From positions 248,001 through 312,000 of the forward strand of contig JABVCE010000033.1 of assembly GCA_014905635.1 (NCBI GenBank): DNA of 64,000 bases, in the 5' to 3' direction. The DNA comes from Scenedesmus sp. PABB004. Its lineage: Eukaryota. The notes under the pieces are model-generated. The model was not told where the DNA came from. It made no database searches and saw only the letters and a list, made by a program, of their open reading frames with translations. The stretch's first letter is position 1; each line of letters starts with the position of its first letter. The position numbers and the translations under genes were made by a program. Shown here one piece after another: positions 16,601-30,200 of the stretch.

Positions 16601-19600
16601 CGCTGGAGCAGCACGCGCTGCCGGTGCTGCAGGTGTGCCTCGAGGTGGCGCCGCTCGGCGCCAGTGACCGGGAGAAGCTGCTGCAGCGGCTGCTGCCGCC
16701 CGCGGGCTTTGCCGCGGCGGGCGCTGGCGGTGCGGAGCAGCTGGCGAGCCACCAGCAGCAGCTGCGCCTCGCGGCGTGGCTGATCCAGCAGCGGCGGCGG
16801 CGGCCGGGCGCGGACGAGGGCGGCGACGCCAGCATGGGCGACGCGGAGGCCGGCGCCGCTGCGACCGCGGCGGACGAGCTGGAGGAGTTGAGCCAGTTTG
16901 TCGGCTGCGCGTGCGCGAGCTTGGCGGCGCAGTTCAGGCAGCGCCGCCAGCCCGGGGTCGCCGCCTGCAGCGGCCTGGAGCAGGAGCTGCTGGCCCAGCT
17001 CAACGGCTGGGCGGGCGACTGGCTCGCCGACGCGCCGGACGCCCTCCGTGCCGCCGCTGGCGCCGCCGGCGTCGAGGCCGGCGCCGAGGCGGACCTCGCG
17101 CGCGGCCGCGCCGCGTTTGCGTCGCTGCTGGCCGCCGCGGCGCGGCTCGCGCCGGCGCTGCTGCAGCACAGGTTTGGCGACGCGGAAGCGCTGCGCTGCC
17201 TGCGGCGGCTGCTGGCGGCGCTGCTGCCGGGCGGCCCGGAGGCGGAGGTGGACGAGGCGGCGGAGCAGGAGCGGAGGGACCTGGATCTTGAGACAGCTGC
17301 AGGCAACGACGCAACGGCGACGGGCAGCGAGGAGGCGGAGGAGGAGGAGCAGGAGCGGCACCAGGAGGAGGGCGAGGGCGAGGGCGAGCAGGCACACAGC
17401 AGCAGCGGCAGTGAGGAGACCGCTGCCGATTTCGAGGGCAACGAGGGCGCGGCGACGGCGAGCGGCGAGACCAGCAGCGGCAGCAGCAGCGGCGGCAGCA
17501 GCGGCGGCAGCAGCGATGCAGGCGACGTGAGCAGCGACGCCACCAGCGATGCCAGCGGCGCCGGCCCGGACGAGCAGGCAGCGGCGGCTGACGACGAAGC
17601 GGGCGACGAGCCGGCACGTGCCGCGGCGGTCTTCAACCCCGCGGCCGTGGCGGCCGCCGGCGAGCTGCTCCAGCTGCTGGTCGCGCACTCGGGCTTTGTG
17701 GGCGCGCTGCTCGGCGGCGGCGGCCCCGCGCCGCTGCCGGCGGCGGTCGCGGCGGTGCCGCTGCCGCTGGCGTCGCACATGCCGCTGGTGGATGCGGTCT
17801 GGGCGTGCAGCGAGCGCGACGGCGGCGGCAGCGACGGCGACGATGACGACGACGATGCTGACGGTGGCGGCGGCGGTGCTGAGGCGTTCAAGCACCAGCT
17901 GGTGCTGCTGCTTGAGGTGCTGCTGGACCTGAGCCGCTTCTTCAGCGCAGACGGCGGCAGCGACAGCGACAGCGACAGTCGCGTGGCTGCGGTCAGCCTG
18001 GACCCGCAGTTGCTGGCGTCGCTGCTGCAGCTGCTGCAGGTGGCGCACGGCGGCACGCTCGCCGCGTGCGACCGCGCGGTGCTGCGCATGCTGCTGCTGC
18101 TGGACCGCCTGGTGCCGCCGCCGCGCACCGAGCGAGGCGAGCCGGGCGGCGGCGGCGCGGCGCCGGGGCCGCTGGCGTGGCCGCGCTGCGTCTTTGGCGC
18201 GGCCGCAAAGCGCCTCTACGAGCACGAGCGCGCCAAGGCGCCCGCGGCGCCGCCGGCGTGCGCGGCGGCGGGCGCCGACTTCACGCGCCGGCTCCTGCGC
18301 GAGCTGTGCCCGCCCGAGCCGCTGCGCGCGGGCCTGACCGTCGTCCTCTTCCCCCCGCGGCGCTGCCTGCGCCCCGACGACGAGCCCGGGGGCGGCGAGG
18401 AGCTCGCCCAGCTCTACCACGCCGGCGCCGGCGCGCCCGCGGGCGGCGACGTGTGCGCCGGCGGCGCCACGGCGGTGGCCGCCGCGGCGTACGACCCGCT
18501 CGCGGCGCTGCTGCTCGTGCGCGGCGCGCTGCGTGCGGGCGCGCTGGACGGCGAGGGCCTCGCCGCGTGCGGTCTGCTCAGCGTGGTCCTGCGTAGTCTC
18601 GCGGCTGAGGACAGCGGCCTGCGGGGCCTGGCGTTCGACTGCCTCGAGCTGCTGCCGGCGGCGCTGCAGGCGCAGCCCGCTGAGGCGGCCGAGGCCGGCG
18701 GCGCCGCGGGCCGGGCGCGGCCCGCCGCGCCGCCGCGCGAGCCGCCGGCAACGCTCGCGCAGCAGCTGCGCTCGCCCAAGCGCGCGCACCAGCTGACCGC
18801 GCTGCTGAGCTTTGTGGCGGCGGGCGTCGGCCTGGGCGGCCCCGCGCTGCAGCGCCGCGCGCGCGCGGGCGCGGTGCGGCCTGTGCCGGCGGCGGCGCCT
18901 CCGCAGGCGCCGCGCGCGCAGGTGCCGGCCGCGGCGGCGGCGCTCGCGGCCGAGGCGGCGCTGCTGCTGGCGGCGCCCGCGGCGCCGATGCACGCCACGG
19001 TGCACCGCCTGCTCCTGCGCCAGCCGGCGCTGGACACCGCCGGGCTGCCGCTCTTCCGCCGCGTCCTCGCCGGCGCCGCGCCAGGCCGCGGCAAGGGCGC
19101 CGCCGGCGGTGGCGGCGGCGGCGGCCCACGCGGCGCGGCGGCCGCGTTTGCGGAGAAGCAGTGGCTCGTGCGCCTGCTCTGGCTCGGCCTGCGGGTGCGC
19201 CGCGCGCTGCCACCCCGCCCCGCCGCGCCCTGCCGCGCCCTGCCGCGCCCTGCCGCGCCCTGCCGCGCCCTGCCGCGCCCTGCCGCGCCCAGCCGCGCCC
19301 AGCCGGCCCGCGCCGCGCCGCCGCGCCGCAGAGCCCGCTGGACAGCCGGCTGTACCGGCGCAAGTATGTGTGCGAGACGCTCATGGCCCTCCAGGGCAGC
19401 GCGGCGGCGCGCCTCGGCGCGCCCGGCGGAGGCGGCGGCGGTGGCGGCGGCGCGCCCGGGCTCGCCGCGCACCCCGGCGGCGGCGACGCGTCGAGCCTGG
19501 ACGGCCCCGTCGTGCAGGTGCTGCGCCAGGCGGCGCTGCTGCCGGGCCTCGCGTCGCACCTCATCCGCGCGGCGGGGCTGCTGCAGTGGCTCGCGGCGGC

Positions 19601-20034
19601 CGCGGCCGCGCGCTTTGACGCTGGCGCCGACGCCGGCGGCTGCTGGGCGCTCGACGCGCTGCGGCAGCTGCTGGCCGGCCGCGTGGCGCTCAACCGGCGC
19701 GACCAGGCGGGCGAGGTGTTTGACGCCTACGCCGCCGCCGCCGGCGCCGCGACGGCCGCCGCGCTGCGCGCGGGGCGCGCCGCGCCGGCGCGGCCGCTGC
19801 TCGCGCTGCTGCGCCTGCTCGCGGAGCTGCCCGCCGCCGCCCCGGGCGCGCGCGCGCGCGCGGCAGCTGCTCGCGCTGCAGCTGCATGCCGGCACGGTCG
19901 CGCGCCTGCGGCGCGCGGCCGCGGCCGACCCGCCGGGCGGGCCCGGCGGCCTGCGCGCCGCGTGCGTGGCGGCCGCCGACGCGCTCGCCGCCGCGGTGGG
20001 CGCCGCCGGCGGCGGTGGTGGCGGCGGCGGGTGA
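10858..20034 (+). CDS. URB1: Nucleolar pre-ribosomal-associated protein 1 (URB1/Npa1); multi-exon. The 3' end is 20034 if a slip in the (GC)n run at ~19850 is corrected, otherwise 20084
   Basis: N-terminal Npa1-like segment (LKQLYFHLSS..ANAALALLAAI..LAASFDF). C-terminal NopRA1-like segment (AYDP, LLSVVLRSLAAEDSGLR, LPLFRRVL, EKQWLVRLLWLGL, LDSRLYRRKYVCETLM). Very large size fits URB1. Confidence 0.85.
13545..13601 (+). repeat. (CAG)19 pure trinucleotide repeat encoding polyQ in URB1
   Basis: Uninterrupted CAG run read directly. Confidence 0.95.
19221..19300. repeat. 10-bp minisatellite (NGCCGCGCCC)x8 inside the last URB1 intron
   Basis: Tandem TGCCGCGCCC units read directly. Confidence 0.9.
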
Positions 20035-20341
20035 CGGCGGCGGCGGCACTACCGCTGGCGCCGCCGGCGGGTGACGCTTTATAGCGGCGGCGCGCGCGCC
20101 ACTATAACCGGAGTTGGCGATTTGGCGGCCGTTCGCTCCGCGCGCGCTGCGACGCGGTCCCCTGACCACGCCCGGCCTCGGGCAGCGCGCGGAGAGCTGC
20201 CGCACGGCCAGGCCAGGCGCGGCGAAGCTCGCGCGAATCCCGGTCCGCCCGCGCCTGCCCCCGCTCGCCGGGCCGTCAGGTGGCCGCGCCGCGCCCGCCG
20301 TCGCTCGCTCGTGTGACCCACACTACATCCCTGCCGCCAGC

Positions 20342-23300
20342 ATGGCCCTGCACGTGCTCCTGGCGCTGGCGCTCGCGGTCGGGAGCGGCAGCCAGCTCGC
20401 GGCCGCCAGCGCAGCCTGCCCCGGCGGCTGCATCGTCGCCAGTGTGGTGGCGCCGGTCCGGCAGTGCGCCTGCGTGATGCCGCCGAGCAGCTGCAGCAGC
20501 CCGGCCGACGGCGACAGCAGCGCCGAGCGCCCAAGCTCATTCGGCCCAGCCGGTCGCCCCGGCCGCCCGCCGGCCCTCACGGGCGGCATCGACTGCGACT
20601 TCTGTACGCGAGATGCAGGGGCGTATTCGACGTAAGCGGCGGCCGCCGTCACCGCCCCGCCGCCGCTGTTCACGGCGAGCGCTGTTCACGATGATGCGCC
20701 GCCCGCCCGCGCCGCGCCGCGCAGCTTCGAGGCGTGCTACGCCGCGGACGCTGACTTCAAGCCCAGGGGCAAGTCGCTCGACGCGGGGACCTATCCGGGC
20801 CTCGGGCGCCGGCCGCGCGTGCGGCGCTCGACTCGGCGGTCCGGCGCGTTGGTGGCGGCGACCTGCCCGGCGACCAGCTGCGACGCCGTGAGAGAGAGAG
20901 GCGGGGGCGGCGGCTGCAGCCGCCCGGGCTGGACGGGCCAGCACGGGCCGCTGGCGGCACTGGCGCGAGCGCCGCCGCCGCGCGCGCTCGCAGGAGCCGG
21001 CGGGGGCGCAGCGCTGGGAGGCGCTGTTCGGGTCGGCGGCGCCGGGCGACGACGTGGCGCTGCCGGTGGGCGCCACGGTGGTGCTGTACGGCTGCGCGCA
21101 AGCCAGCAGCACGGTCAGCGTGCGCAGCATCAGCGTGCCGGCCACCTCCACGGTGAGGCGCAGGGCGCAGCTGCGCCAGCTGCGCCAGCACGTGAGCGCT
21201 GCCAGGGCCCCCGCGCGGGTAGCGCCTGCGCTGACTCCCTGCCGCTGCTCTGCCCCGCAGCTGATCATCGGCGACAGCCCGCTCTCTCTCAACTTTCAGC
21301 GGCTCACTGTGGCGGGCACGCTGCGCATGGGCACGCCTGCGTGCTCCATCACCCAACCAATCACGGTGACGGTCCCTGGCGGCAACGAGACGTATGGCGT
21401 GGACGTGCTGGCGGGCGGCAGCTACGACGTCCACGGCGCCGTGGCGGTGAGGCGCGCCGCCCGCTGCTGCGCTCAAGGCGCGCGCCGGCGTGCAGCCAGT
21501 CGCAGGGCCTGACTAGCAGCGCTGTGCGCGCTGCGCCGCAGGGCCCCACGTGGACTCGCGTGGCCGCCACAGTGCCCGCAGGCACCAGCACCATCCCGCT
21601 GCAGGCGGCGGTGCAGTGGAAGGCAGGCGACACCATCCTGCTCGTCACCACAACCTGGAAGGGTGCGTGGGCCAGCGCGCAGTGCAGCCGCGGCCTTGCT
21701 GCCTTGCTGACAGCTGACCGGTGCCCCGCAGACGAGCTGGCCAACCAGAACGAGGTGCTCACGATCGCGAGCGTTGCGCCAGATGGGCTCAGCCTGACGA
21801 CGACTGCGCCCGTGCAGTTCAACCACTATGGGTGAGCGCGGGGCACCTGCGTCCAGAGGCGGCCTCAGCTATGGCTGTGGCTCCCACACCTGCTCACGCA
21901 CGCATGCTGCTCGCGCGCGCAGGGTTGAGTACCAGGCTGAGGTGGCGCTGCTGAGCCGGACGATTCTCTTCACCAGCGACGCCACGTCCACGACCACCAA
22001 GCTTGGGCCGCACACCACGATGTTCAGCCCCAACGGTCGCATCAGCGGCGCCGCGTTTGAGCGCTGGGGCGCGCAGAACAAGCCGGGACGCTACCCGATC
22101 CACTTCCACCTTGCCGGTAACGCACCCAGCGCCTTCATTCGCAACAACGCTGTCTACAAGTGAGCCCGCCGCTGCGCTGCCGCCGTGCGCTGTGCGAGGC
22201 ATTGCGCCAGTGTCGGCGGCATGCGCCCGCCGACTCACGCGCGCGCTGCGCCGCCGCAGCTCCAACTGGCGCTGCATGAGCATTCACGGCACCAACGACG
22301 TGACCGTTTACGGCAACGTTGGCTTCAACGTGCACGGCCACTGCTTTTACCTTGAAGACGGCGTGGAGGAGCGCAACGTGCTGGAGCGCAACCTGGCGGC
22401 GTATGTGCACCCCATCCAGACGGCCGGCAGCGGTGGCGGCCAGCAGGGCACTGACCGCTGGCAGAGCGCGGACCTGTTTGACCCCAGTGACTCTGGCGCC
22501 TCTGGCTTTTACTCGCTGAACGCCTACAACAGCTGGTGCGTGCGGCCTGGGTCAGCCTGTGAGGGTCGGGCGCGGCTGGCGGCTGTCCGAGCCTGCTGAC
22601 TTGCTCTGCGTCCTCGCGCACCAGGATTGACAACGCGGCCAGCGGCGGCTTTTCAGGCTTCACCTTTCCCGTCGCGCCGCGGGCCATCAAGGACCACCGC
22701 GGCGCCAAGAAGGCCAACGGCTATCCCTTCAACCCCTCTGAGCGGCCCTTCCTTGCCTTTCGCGGCAACAGCGCGCACTCCACGGGCTACTTCTGGGAGC
22801 ACTCGCCCTGCTTCTACCTCGGAGGCATGCTCTTTTACAAGACCGACAACACCAGCCAGGTGCGGCGCGTTTTGTTGGTCTGCGTGGGGCCGGCGCAGCG
22901 CCAGGACAGCGCCCGCGCCGCGGCCCGCGCGCTGATCGCCGCCTTGCCGCCATGGCGCAGGTCAAGCTGTTCTACAACAACGGCCGCGGCCCCATCACCG
23001 CCGACCCGCTCTGCCCCGACCCGGCCTGGCCCGCCAACGACAGCGCAAACGCCAACACCAACTGTCAGGTCTCGTCTGCACGGCCCACGCGGTGAGGCCC
23101 CCCGTAATGCGCGCGCCGCCGCTCCCCCGCACCGCACCGGCCCGCCACGGCCCTCCAGCCAGTCGGCCCGCCGCGACCCTCCAACCAGCTCACTGCCGCC
23201 TTGCGTGCGTTGCTCGCAGGAATGCGGCCGACACCGCCAACGCATTCATTGTGATGCAGGACAACACCGCCGCGCTCTGCAACGTCGGCGTCGCGACATG

Positions 23301-26300
23301 GTGCGCGCCCTCCTCGTGCGCCTCCGCCGCCGCCGCCGCCCGCGCCCGCTCCCGAGTACCCGCGCCCGCGCTCTCTCTCACCGCTCTCCCCGCTCCCGCG
23401 CTCGGCCCCTCCCGCTGCCCGCCTCAGGGGCACGCGCACCGAGGTGAGCGGCTTTCGCGGGTATGACGTCACGCGCGGCAGCCTCTTTCTGGGTCAGAGC
23501 TGGCTGTCCGGCAGCGCGTTCAAGGTCAACACCACCAACAGCGCGGCCGGCTGGACCGGCTGGCCGTACGAGGGCGGCCGCTACTGGGAGTCCTTCCCTG
23601 TCAAGGGTGCGCGCGCCGCGCCGGCCGCGCCGCGGCCTCGCTGCCCGGCGCCGCAGCGCGGCGCGCCCAGCCCGCCCGAGCCGCGGCGCAGCCTGCTGCG
23701 TGTCCGCTCCGTGCCGCTCACGCGCGCGCCGCGCCGCGCGTGACGCCCCCCCCCCCCCCCCCGGTCGCCCCCAGGCTTTGAGTTTTACGACACGATGACC
23801 TCCACACTCCTCAGCAACGTCGCCTTTGCCAACTATCGCTTCATCTCCTTCACGACCAACGCCCAGGACTGGTGGTACTCGCAGACGCCGCACGCGTTCC
23901 GCATGCTCTCCCACAGCGACCAGTTCAAGCCGGGTGCGGCGCCCTGCCTGGGCCGGCATGCCGGGGCGCGCCGCGCCTGCTCGCAATGCGGCGGGGGCGC
24001 GCGCCACGCAGCAGCACGGGTCACGCTGGCGGCGCGCGCAGCTCACGGGCGGCCGCGGTCCCTGCTGCGCCGCCCTGCTGCCCCCGCAGACAAGACGATG
24101 ATGGTCACCAAGGGCATCACCTGCACCAACTGCGACCTTGGCAACTGTGCGGGCGGCGTGTGCACCGGCGGCGCCTTTTTCCGCGTCGACCAGACCTACC
24201 GCGGCTCGAGCTGGCTCTTCAACTGGCTCGGTGCGCCCGCCGCCGCGCCGGGCGCGGTTGCAAGCACTGCGCTTCCGAGGCCGCGCCGGCGCTCACGCTC
24301 GCTGTCCGCGCGACGCGGCCCCGCCTGCCCGCCCGCCCGCAGACCAGGACGGCAGCGTGGTGCGACACGTCGCGCCGGGCAAGCCTGCTGGGCCCTACCT
24401 CATCGCCTCGCAGCCCGACTGGTGGAAGCTCGACGACGCGACCAGCTGGCGCGAGCCGCGCTTTGGCGGCGTCTGGGTGTCGCCGATGCCCGACACCGAG
24501 GTGGTGGCGCGCGTGGAGATGCGCGTGCAGAGCGCGGCAGGCAACCGGTTCACGGTCGGCTCGTTTGACGGCCAGGACATCACTCGCATTGGTTATGTGA
24601 GCCAGTTTGGCGACGCGAGCCGCCAGGTGGTGATGACCAAGACCGAGGGCACCACCGGCATGACAGGTGCGCCGCGCGGCGCCGCCCTGGCCCGCCTGGC
24701 CCGCCCTGGCCGCGCGCGCCGGGGAGGGCGGCGACGCAGGCAGGCAGGCCCCTCCAACCTGCTGCTGCCGGCTGTACCGCGTGCCGCGCCGCGCCGCAGG
24801 CAAGTACGGCATGTATGCGGTGTGGAACACGAGCGCCACCGGCTACGTCGCGCCGCGGCGGCTGGAGCTTATTCTGTTTAACGTGCCGCGCGGCAAGGTG
24901 GTGCTCTGGGCGACCTGCTACCCGCCGGGTGCGCTGCGCCGGCGAGCGCATCGCGGCGGTTGCGCCTGCGGCGGCCCCGGCTGCCCAGCCGCGCCGCTGG
25001 CGGTGCCCTCCTCCTGAGCGCGCCCCGCCGCCGCCGCCGCCGCCGCCGCTTCCGCCGCCGCCGCGCAGGCACCACCTTTGCCATATCCAAGACCTTTGAC
25101 TGGGCGACCTGCCAGAACGTGGCCGCGCTCACGCCAGCCGCGAGCCGCGAGGCGCTGCTCGCGCGCGGCGGCGACGCGTTTTGGGTGCAGGCGGCACCCG
25201 ACGGCTCGGCCTGCCTGCACCTCGCCCTCACCGACCCGGGGCACCCGTGGAAGCTCTCCGACAGCTTCCAGCGCGACGGCATGGCCATCGAGGAGGAGGT
25301 GCGCGGCAGGGGGCCGCGGCCGGCGCCCCCGCGCCCGCCGCGTGGCCGGCCCTCCGCCCGGGCCAGCCCCTTCTCAACCCTGACCTCGGCTGACGCCCCG
25401 ACGCCACCTAAACCCCGGCGTAGGTCCGATGGTACGACCTCAAATACACCATCACGGCGACGACGACCAGCACCGCCGGCTGCACCGAGCACTTCTGTCC
25501 CCTGCCGGTGCGGCGGCCGCGCCGCAAACGCACGCGCGCGCGCGCCGCGCCGCGTGCGCGGACCCCGCGGGCGCCGCGCGCCGCGCGCAGGGCGTGCCGG
25601 AGGCGCGCGTGCCGCCCGCGCTCGCCGCGGCGCCTTCCGTCTGCCCCGACGCCGTGCCGCCGAGCGGCGAGGCCTGCGGCAGCGTGAAGTGCGGCTGGGG
25701 CTCGTACTGGCCGGGCTGCAGCCACGCGACCATCGCGGCCGGCGGGTATTGCCAGGCGACGTGCGGCACCTGCCCCGCGCCCGCCGCGCCGAGCCCGAGC
25801 CCGTCCCCACCCTCTTCGTCCAGCCCCAGCCCGTCGAGCCCCAGCCCCTCCCCGAGCCCGAGCCCCTCCCCGAGCCCCTCCCCGAGCCCGAGCCCCTCCC
25901 CGAGCCCGAGCCCGAGCCCGGCGCCGGCGCCCTCAATGTTTGTGACGGTCAGCGTCGCGGTCAGCACCGTCAGCGGCACGAGCTACCTCTGCACCGCCAC
26001 GGCGCGCGTGTACGACGCCGCGACCAACGCCAGCCTGGCGGCGGGCGTCACGGTCACGGGCACGTGGTCGCGCTCGCCCGACACGTCGACCACCGACGCC
26101 TGGCCGTTCACGGCGTCCGGCACCACCAGCGGCAGCGGCACCCCGGCGGTCGCCATTGCGGCGACGCTGAAGCGCACGCAGCAGCTGCTGCCCAAGTCAG
26201 TCGCCGCCGGCTGCGCGTTTGACGTGACCAGCCTCACAGGCAAGCCCACGACCGGCTACGCCACCAACTGGGCCCGCTCAACGATGGGCCGCGCCTGCTG

Positions 26301-26334
26301 GGCCGCCGGCGGCGCGCTGGTGACCTGCCCCTGA
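20342..26334 (+). CDS. Secreted G8-domain / beta-helix protein (TMEM2/CEMIP/Dictyostelium G8-like), copy 1, with Cys-rich module, (Ser-Pro)n linker and C-terminal beta domain
   Basis: Signal peptide MALHVLLALALAVG. G8 region (LRMGTPACSITQPITVT). EYQAEVALLSRTI, GRYPIHFH, RCMSIHGTN, GHCFYLEDGVEERN, NAASGGFSGF. Confidence 0.88.
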
Positions 26335-27217
26335 GCCGCGCCGCGCCGCCCGCGCGGCGCGGCGGCCTGGGCGTGACGACGCGCCGGCACAGCACTGCTG
26401 CACTTGGGTTCAGCGCCGCTGCGCGGCTCCCACAGGCGAGGGCCGCGCGCGGTGCGCGCACTGCCTGACGCGATCCCTGCTGCTGCGCGACGTTTCATGC
26501 ATGCCGCGTCACCTCTTCCCGGGGTCACCCCCCTCCCCTCGTCCACCCCTGCACAGAGCTTGGCATCTCGGTCGCGCGCGCTGCTCACACACACATTGTC
26601 GGAGGTCATGGTCTCGCTGAGACCTGCTTTCCTTGGCTTGTTTGAACTGGCTCTGCGCCGGCATTTGCTTCGCTGGGACCCGCGCCCGCATGACGCGGGG
26701 AGCCTGGTCGCAAGACCCTCACGACGCAGCACGGGGGAGTTTAGGAGAGCGATTGCTGGCCCCTGCAGGAGGCGGGCTTGAGTAAGTGGATGGATTGCAC
26801 GGCGAGCATCGCGCCGCGGCCGCCGCGCCCAACCGCGCAAACCAACGGTGCCGCCGCGCGGCCGCGGCGGCGCCGCGCGCGGCGTTTCGGCCGCTCGACA
26901 GCTCGCCGGTCACGGGGCGCGGCCTGCGCGGGCTCCTGGCGGCACCGTCGCGCCGCCGGCGGCCGTCGGCGCGTCACCGGCCCGGGTTCTATCGACCGCC
27001 GCCCCCAGCCGCCGCAGCGCACCGCCCCCGCGCGGCGCGATCGACCGCGCTACACACAACAGCGCTGCGGCCGCGGCGACCCCACTACGCCGGCCTGGGC
27101 GATTGGTCCCCGCCCGCCCATCGAAGGTCGGCCCGTGCGCGCAGCCGAGCCGGCCAAATCCCGCGCAGCCCGGCTCGGGACGCTCCCCGCACCCCGGCCT
27201 GCGCGCAGGCCCGCGTC

Positions 27218-30200
27218 ATGCGGGCCGCGGCGGCGGCGGCGGCGGCGGTGGCGCTGCTGCTGGCAGCGGTGCCCGCGGCGGCCAGGCGGTCCCCCGAGTG
27301 CCCCGGCGGCTGCATCGTCGCCAGCGTGCTCGTCCCCAAGCGCATCTGCGAGTGCGTGGTGCCGCGCTGCGGCGCGGTGCCCGGCGCGGCGCAGCTGCTG
27401 CAGCAGCGCGCGGCCCGGCGCGGCGCAGCTGCTGCAGCAGCCGCCGCCGCCGGAGCTGGGTTCGCGGCAGGGCGCGGGCCGCCGCCGGAGCTGGGGCCGC
27501 CGCCAATGGCGGCGGTCGACTGCGACTTTTGCGACCGCGACTCCTTCACGTACGAGAGGCGAGTGCGCAGCGGGGCCGCGGCCGGGCGCCGCGCGGCGCG
27601 CGCGGCCAGGCGGCGTGGCCAGGCGGCGTCCCCCGCGGGGTGCCGCCGCGCGCGACACCGTCCGCCCGCCCTGCGCGCGCAGCTTTGCCGCGTGCTACGC
27701 GGCGGCGCAGCACTTCCAGCCGCCTGGCAAGACCATCAGCAGCTACCCGGGCCTGGCGCCCCGCGCGCCCGGCGGCGCGGAGGTCGCCGCGGCGGCGGCG
27801 GCGTGCCCGCCGCCGCCGGCCGGCGCGGGCTGCGCGGTGCGCGGCGTGCGGCGCGCCGAGGCGCCGGCAGCTGCGGCTCCTGATGCTGCTCGTGCAGCGG
27901 CTGACGCGAGCGCCGCCGCCGCGCATGCTCGCAGGACCCGGCGGGGGCGCAGCGCTGGGAGGCGCTGTTCGGGTCGGCGGCGCCGGGCGACGACGTGACG
28001 CTGCCGGCGGGCGCCACGGTGGTGCTGTACGGCTGCGCGCAAGCCAGCAGCACGGTCAGCGTGCGCAGCATCAGCGTGCCGGCCACCTCCACGGTGAGGC
28101 GCAGGGCGCAGCTGCGCCAGCTGCGCCAGCACGTGAGCGCTGCCAGGGCCCCCGCGCGGGTAGCGCCTGCGCTGACTCCCTGCCGCTGCTCTGCCCCGCA
28201 GCTGATCATCGGCGACAGCCCGCTCTCTCTCAACTTTCAGCGGCTCACTGTGGCGGGCACGCTGCGCATGGGCACGCCTGCGTGCTCCATCACCCAACCA
28301 ATCACGGTGACGGTCCCTGGCGGCAACGAGACGTATGGCGTGGACGTGCTGGCGGGCGGCAGCTACGACGTCCACGGCGCCGTGGCGGTGAGGCGCGCCG
28401 CCCGCTGCTGCGCTCAAGGCGCGCGCCGGCGTGCAGCCAGTCGCAGGGCCTGACTAGCAGCGCTGTGCGCGCTGCGCCGCAGGGCCCCACGTGGACTCGC
28501 GTGGCTGCCACGGTGCCCGCGGGCGCCAGCACCATCCCGCTGCAGGCGGCGGTGCAGTGGAAGGCAGGCGACACCATCCTGCTCGTCACCACAACCTGGA
28601 AGGGTGCGTGGCCCAGCGCAATGCTGCGCAGCCGTGGCATTGCTCCTGACGGTTGACCGGTGCCCCGCAGACGAGCTGGTCAACCAGAACGAGGTGCTCA
28701 CGATCGCGAGCGTTGCGCCAGATGGGCTCAGCCTGACGACGACTGCGCCCGTGCAGTTCAACCACTATGGGTGAGCGCGGGGCACCTGCATCCAGAGGCG
28801 GCCTCAGCTATGGCTGTGGCTCCCACACCTGCTCACGCACGCATGCTGCTCGCGCGCGCAGGGTTGAGTACCAGGCTGAGGTGGCGCTGCTGAGCCGGAC
28901 GATTCTCTTCACCAGCGACGCCACGTCCACGACCACCAAGCTCGGGCCGCACACCACGATGTTCAGCCCCAACGGCCGCATCAGCGGCGCCGCGTTTGAG
29001 CGCTGGGGCGCGCAGAACAAGCCGGGGCGCTACCCGATCCACTTCCACCTTGCCGGCAACGCACCCAGCGCCTTCATTCGCAACAACGCTGTCTACAAGT
29101 GAGCCCACCGCTGCGCTGCCGCCGCCGTGCGCTGCGCGAGGCATTGCGCCAGTGTCGGCGGCATGCGCCCGCCAACTCGCGCGCGCTGCGCTGCCGCAGC
29201 TCCAACTGGCGCTGCGTGACCCTGCACGGCACCAACGACGTGACCGTTTACGGCAACGTTGGCTTCAACGTGCACGGCCACTGCTTTTACCTTGAAGACG
29301 GCGTGGAGGAGCGCAACGTGCTGGAGCGCAACCTGGCGGCGTATGTGCACCCCATCTTCAAGACGGCCGGCAGCGGCGGCGGCCAGCAGGGCACTGACCG
29401 CTGGCAGAGCGCGGACCTGTTTGACCCCAGCGACTCTGGCGCCTCTGGCTTTTACTCGCTGAACGCCTACAACAGCTGGTGCGTGCGGCTGGCCTGGGTC
29501 AGCCTGTGAGGGCTGGGTGTGTGGTCGGCGCGCTGGCTGCGCGGTCGGGTGCGGCCTGCTGACTTGCTCTGCATTGTCACGCACCAGGATTGACAACGCG
29601 GCCAGCGGCGGCTTTTCAGGCTTCACCTTTCCCCACGCGCCGCGGGCCATCAAGGAACACCGCAGTACCAAGAAGCCAAATGGCTTCCCCTTCGACCCCT
29701 CCGAGCGGCCCTTCCTCGCCTTTCGCGGCAACAGCGCGCACTCCACGGGCTACTTCTGGGAGCACTCGCCCTGCTTTTACCTCGGAGGCTTTCTTGTCTA
29801 CAGGACAGACAAGAAAGACGGCCAGGTGCGGCGCGTTTTGTTGGTCTGCGTTGGGCCGGCGCAGCGCCAGGACAGCGCGCCCGCCGCGGCCCGCGCGCTG
29901 ATCACCGCCTTGCCGCCATGGCGCAGGTTAAGCTGTTCTACAACAACGGCCGCGGCAAGATCCAGATTGACACGCTCTGCCCCGACCCCGACTGGCCGGC
30001 CAAGGACGATGGCAACAACCGCGACTGCTGGGTCGGCTCCGAACGCAGCACGCGGTGAGCCGCCGCCACCGCCGCCGCCCGACCGCCCGGCCCGGACCGC
30101 CGGCCGGCCACGCCCCAGACCCGCCAGGCGCGCTTGCGTGCGCGCGCGTGACGCTGCCCGCGCGCGGCCGGCCTGTGGCCGCAGGAACGCCGACGACACC

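Noticed and set aside
19221..19300. CRISPR-like array
   Set aside because: Spacerless 10-bp minisatellite inside an intron of a eukaryotic gene.
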